NCBI RefSeq assembly: GCF_963921235.1
Contig: NC_086097.1
Span: forward strand, 106,084,001-106,148,000
Source of the DNA: Mobula hypostoma
Taxonomy: Eukaryota
Direction: 5' to 3'
Length of the DNA: 64,000 bases
Shown piece after piece: positions 62,863 through 64,000 of the stretch. Numbering within the stretch: the first letter of the stretch is position 1; each line of letters opens with the position of its first letter. Below the pieces are notes generated by a model. That model was not told where the DNA came from. It saw nothing but the letters and a program-made list of their open reading frames with translations, and ran no database searches. A program made the translations under genes and the position numbers.

Positions 62863-64000
62863 TCTGCTGCTGCGGCTTCATGCCAACAGCTCCAGAATTC
62901 TCTTCCTAAAGTTTTCCTTCTTTTTACCTCATGCTCCTTTTAGATTGTTCCTTACTCTGTTTCTTTGACTAAGCTTTTTGTAAATTGTCCTTTTGTCTTT
63001 TTGTGGCCTTTTATTAAATATTTCCAGATGGCGTTCTTAAGAAAAGTTTAAAGTAACTTCACCATTTAGTATCGAAGTTGTTGGATACAACTTTTTAAAA
63101 AACCTTCCACAGCCTTTTGTATCCTTTTGCTCCCAAGCATCAATCAATCCCTGTCTGTAGTTCAGGCCAGTCTGTTTCAAATTTTCCTCTGAAACTACTT
63201 TGTAATTAGTTGATCCAAAGCCATACCTGAACAACTTGGAGAAAATCAATGAAGAATTGTGTCTATCTCTGTAACACTTCTTCAAAGTTCAGCAAGAACT
63301 TATGTTTTGTCCCAAGACTACATACTCCATGGCTGCCTTAAACATTTCCTGATTACCTGATACTGTAGGTGTAATACCATAGAGTGAAACTGGTTCTATC
63401 TCCATGGGATAGGTAGGCCATTTCATGATTTAATTAACAGTTACTTAAACTGCTGCTGAAATCAGCAGAGAATAGTTTGCAGTTTAGAATTTATGTAAGT
63501 GAAAACAGTTACCTGAGCTCTCCCATTTAAACTGCAGGAATATCCACATTTCATTATGCACTGGAAAAAAAATGTACACCTTCCTACCTGTATTCTTATG
63601 TTTCTCAAACTGCGATTTCTAACTCACAGTCATCTCCTTTCAAGATTTATGCATTCAACCTAAGAATTTCGTGTTCCAAACCATCATTGCAACCCTCTTG
63701 TTCTGCTGCGAAAAATTCTGAAATTGGCCATGGAGACATTTAAAATAGCTTTTGTGACAATTTAAACAGAGAATCATGCACTAAAATATTACCAGTGTGG
63801 TTCCCAAGGGGTCCCACTCAATTAGACACAGCTTCTTTGGGCTTCAGGTCCATATGCACTTTTTACTCCTGTACTAATTGCTGCGATTGGTTAGCCAGAT
63901 TGTGTAGCAGCAGTACACCACTATGACATCTATTCACCCATTGGCATCTACTTCAGAGTAAGCACAAACTGATGCAGGTTATGGAGTTACATTTTGAAAA

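Noticed and set aside
47494..64000. Search for upstream ZFPM2 exons or a second host gene
   Set aside because: No FOG-2-like or other recognisable host peptide found. Repeat-free patches (e.g. 55.7-56.5 kb, 63-64 kb) might hold enhancers, but this cannot be supported without alignments.

Overview
Eukaryotic (vertebrate) genomic DNA. The repeat content (CR1 LINEs with (TTTCTATG)n-type tails, V-SINEs, Rex1, RTE, Penelope-like elements) suggests a cartilaginous fish, probably a ray; this is an inference. The only host gene is the 3' part of ZFPM2 (FOG-2) on the minus strand: three coding exons (47287-47493, 34370-34588, 12442-14960) with canonical GT-AG phase-1 junctions, all 8 zinc fingers, and a ~1 kb 3' UTR. 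The earlier exons lie beyond position 64000. Most of the rest is decayed or nested transposable elements: many CR1 copies (including a near full-length one carrying four nested insertions), a Gypsy/Mag LTR provirus, a Harbinger-type non-autonomous transposon, SINEs, MITEs and Penelope-like (GIY-YIG) remnants. The most interesting signal not explained by the ORF track is a dispersed family of short, often fold-back, Penelope-derived insertions carrying minimal type I hammerhead ribozyme motifs; no copy in this window is fully intact. Most short ORFs in the supplied track are antisense shadows or TE fragments. Repeat boundaries were set by eye and are approximate unless a TSD is given.
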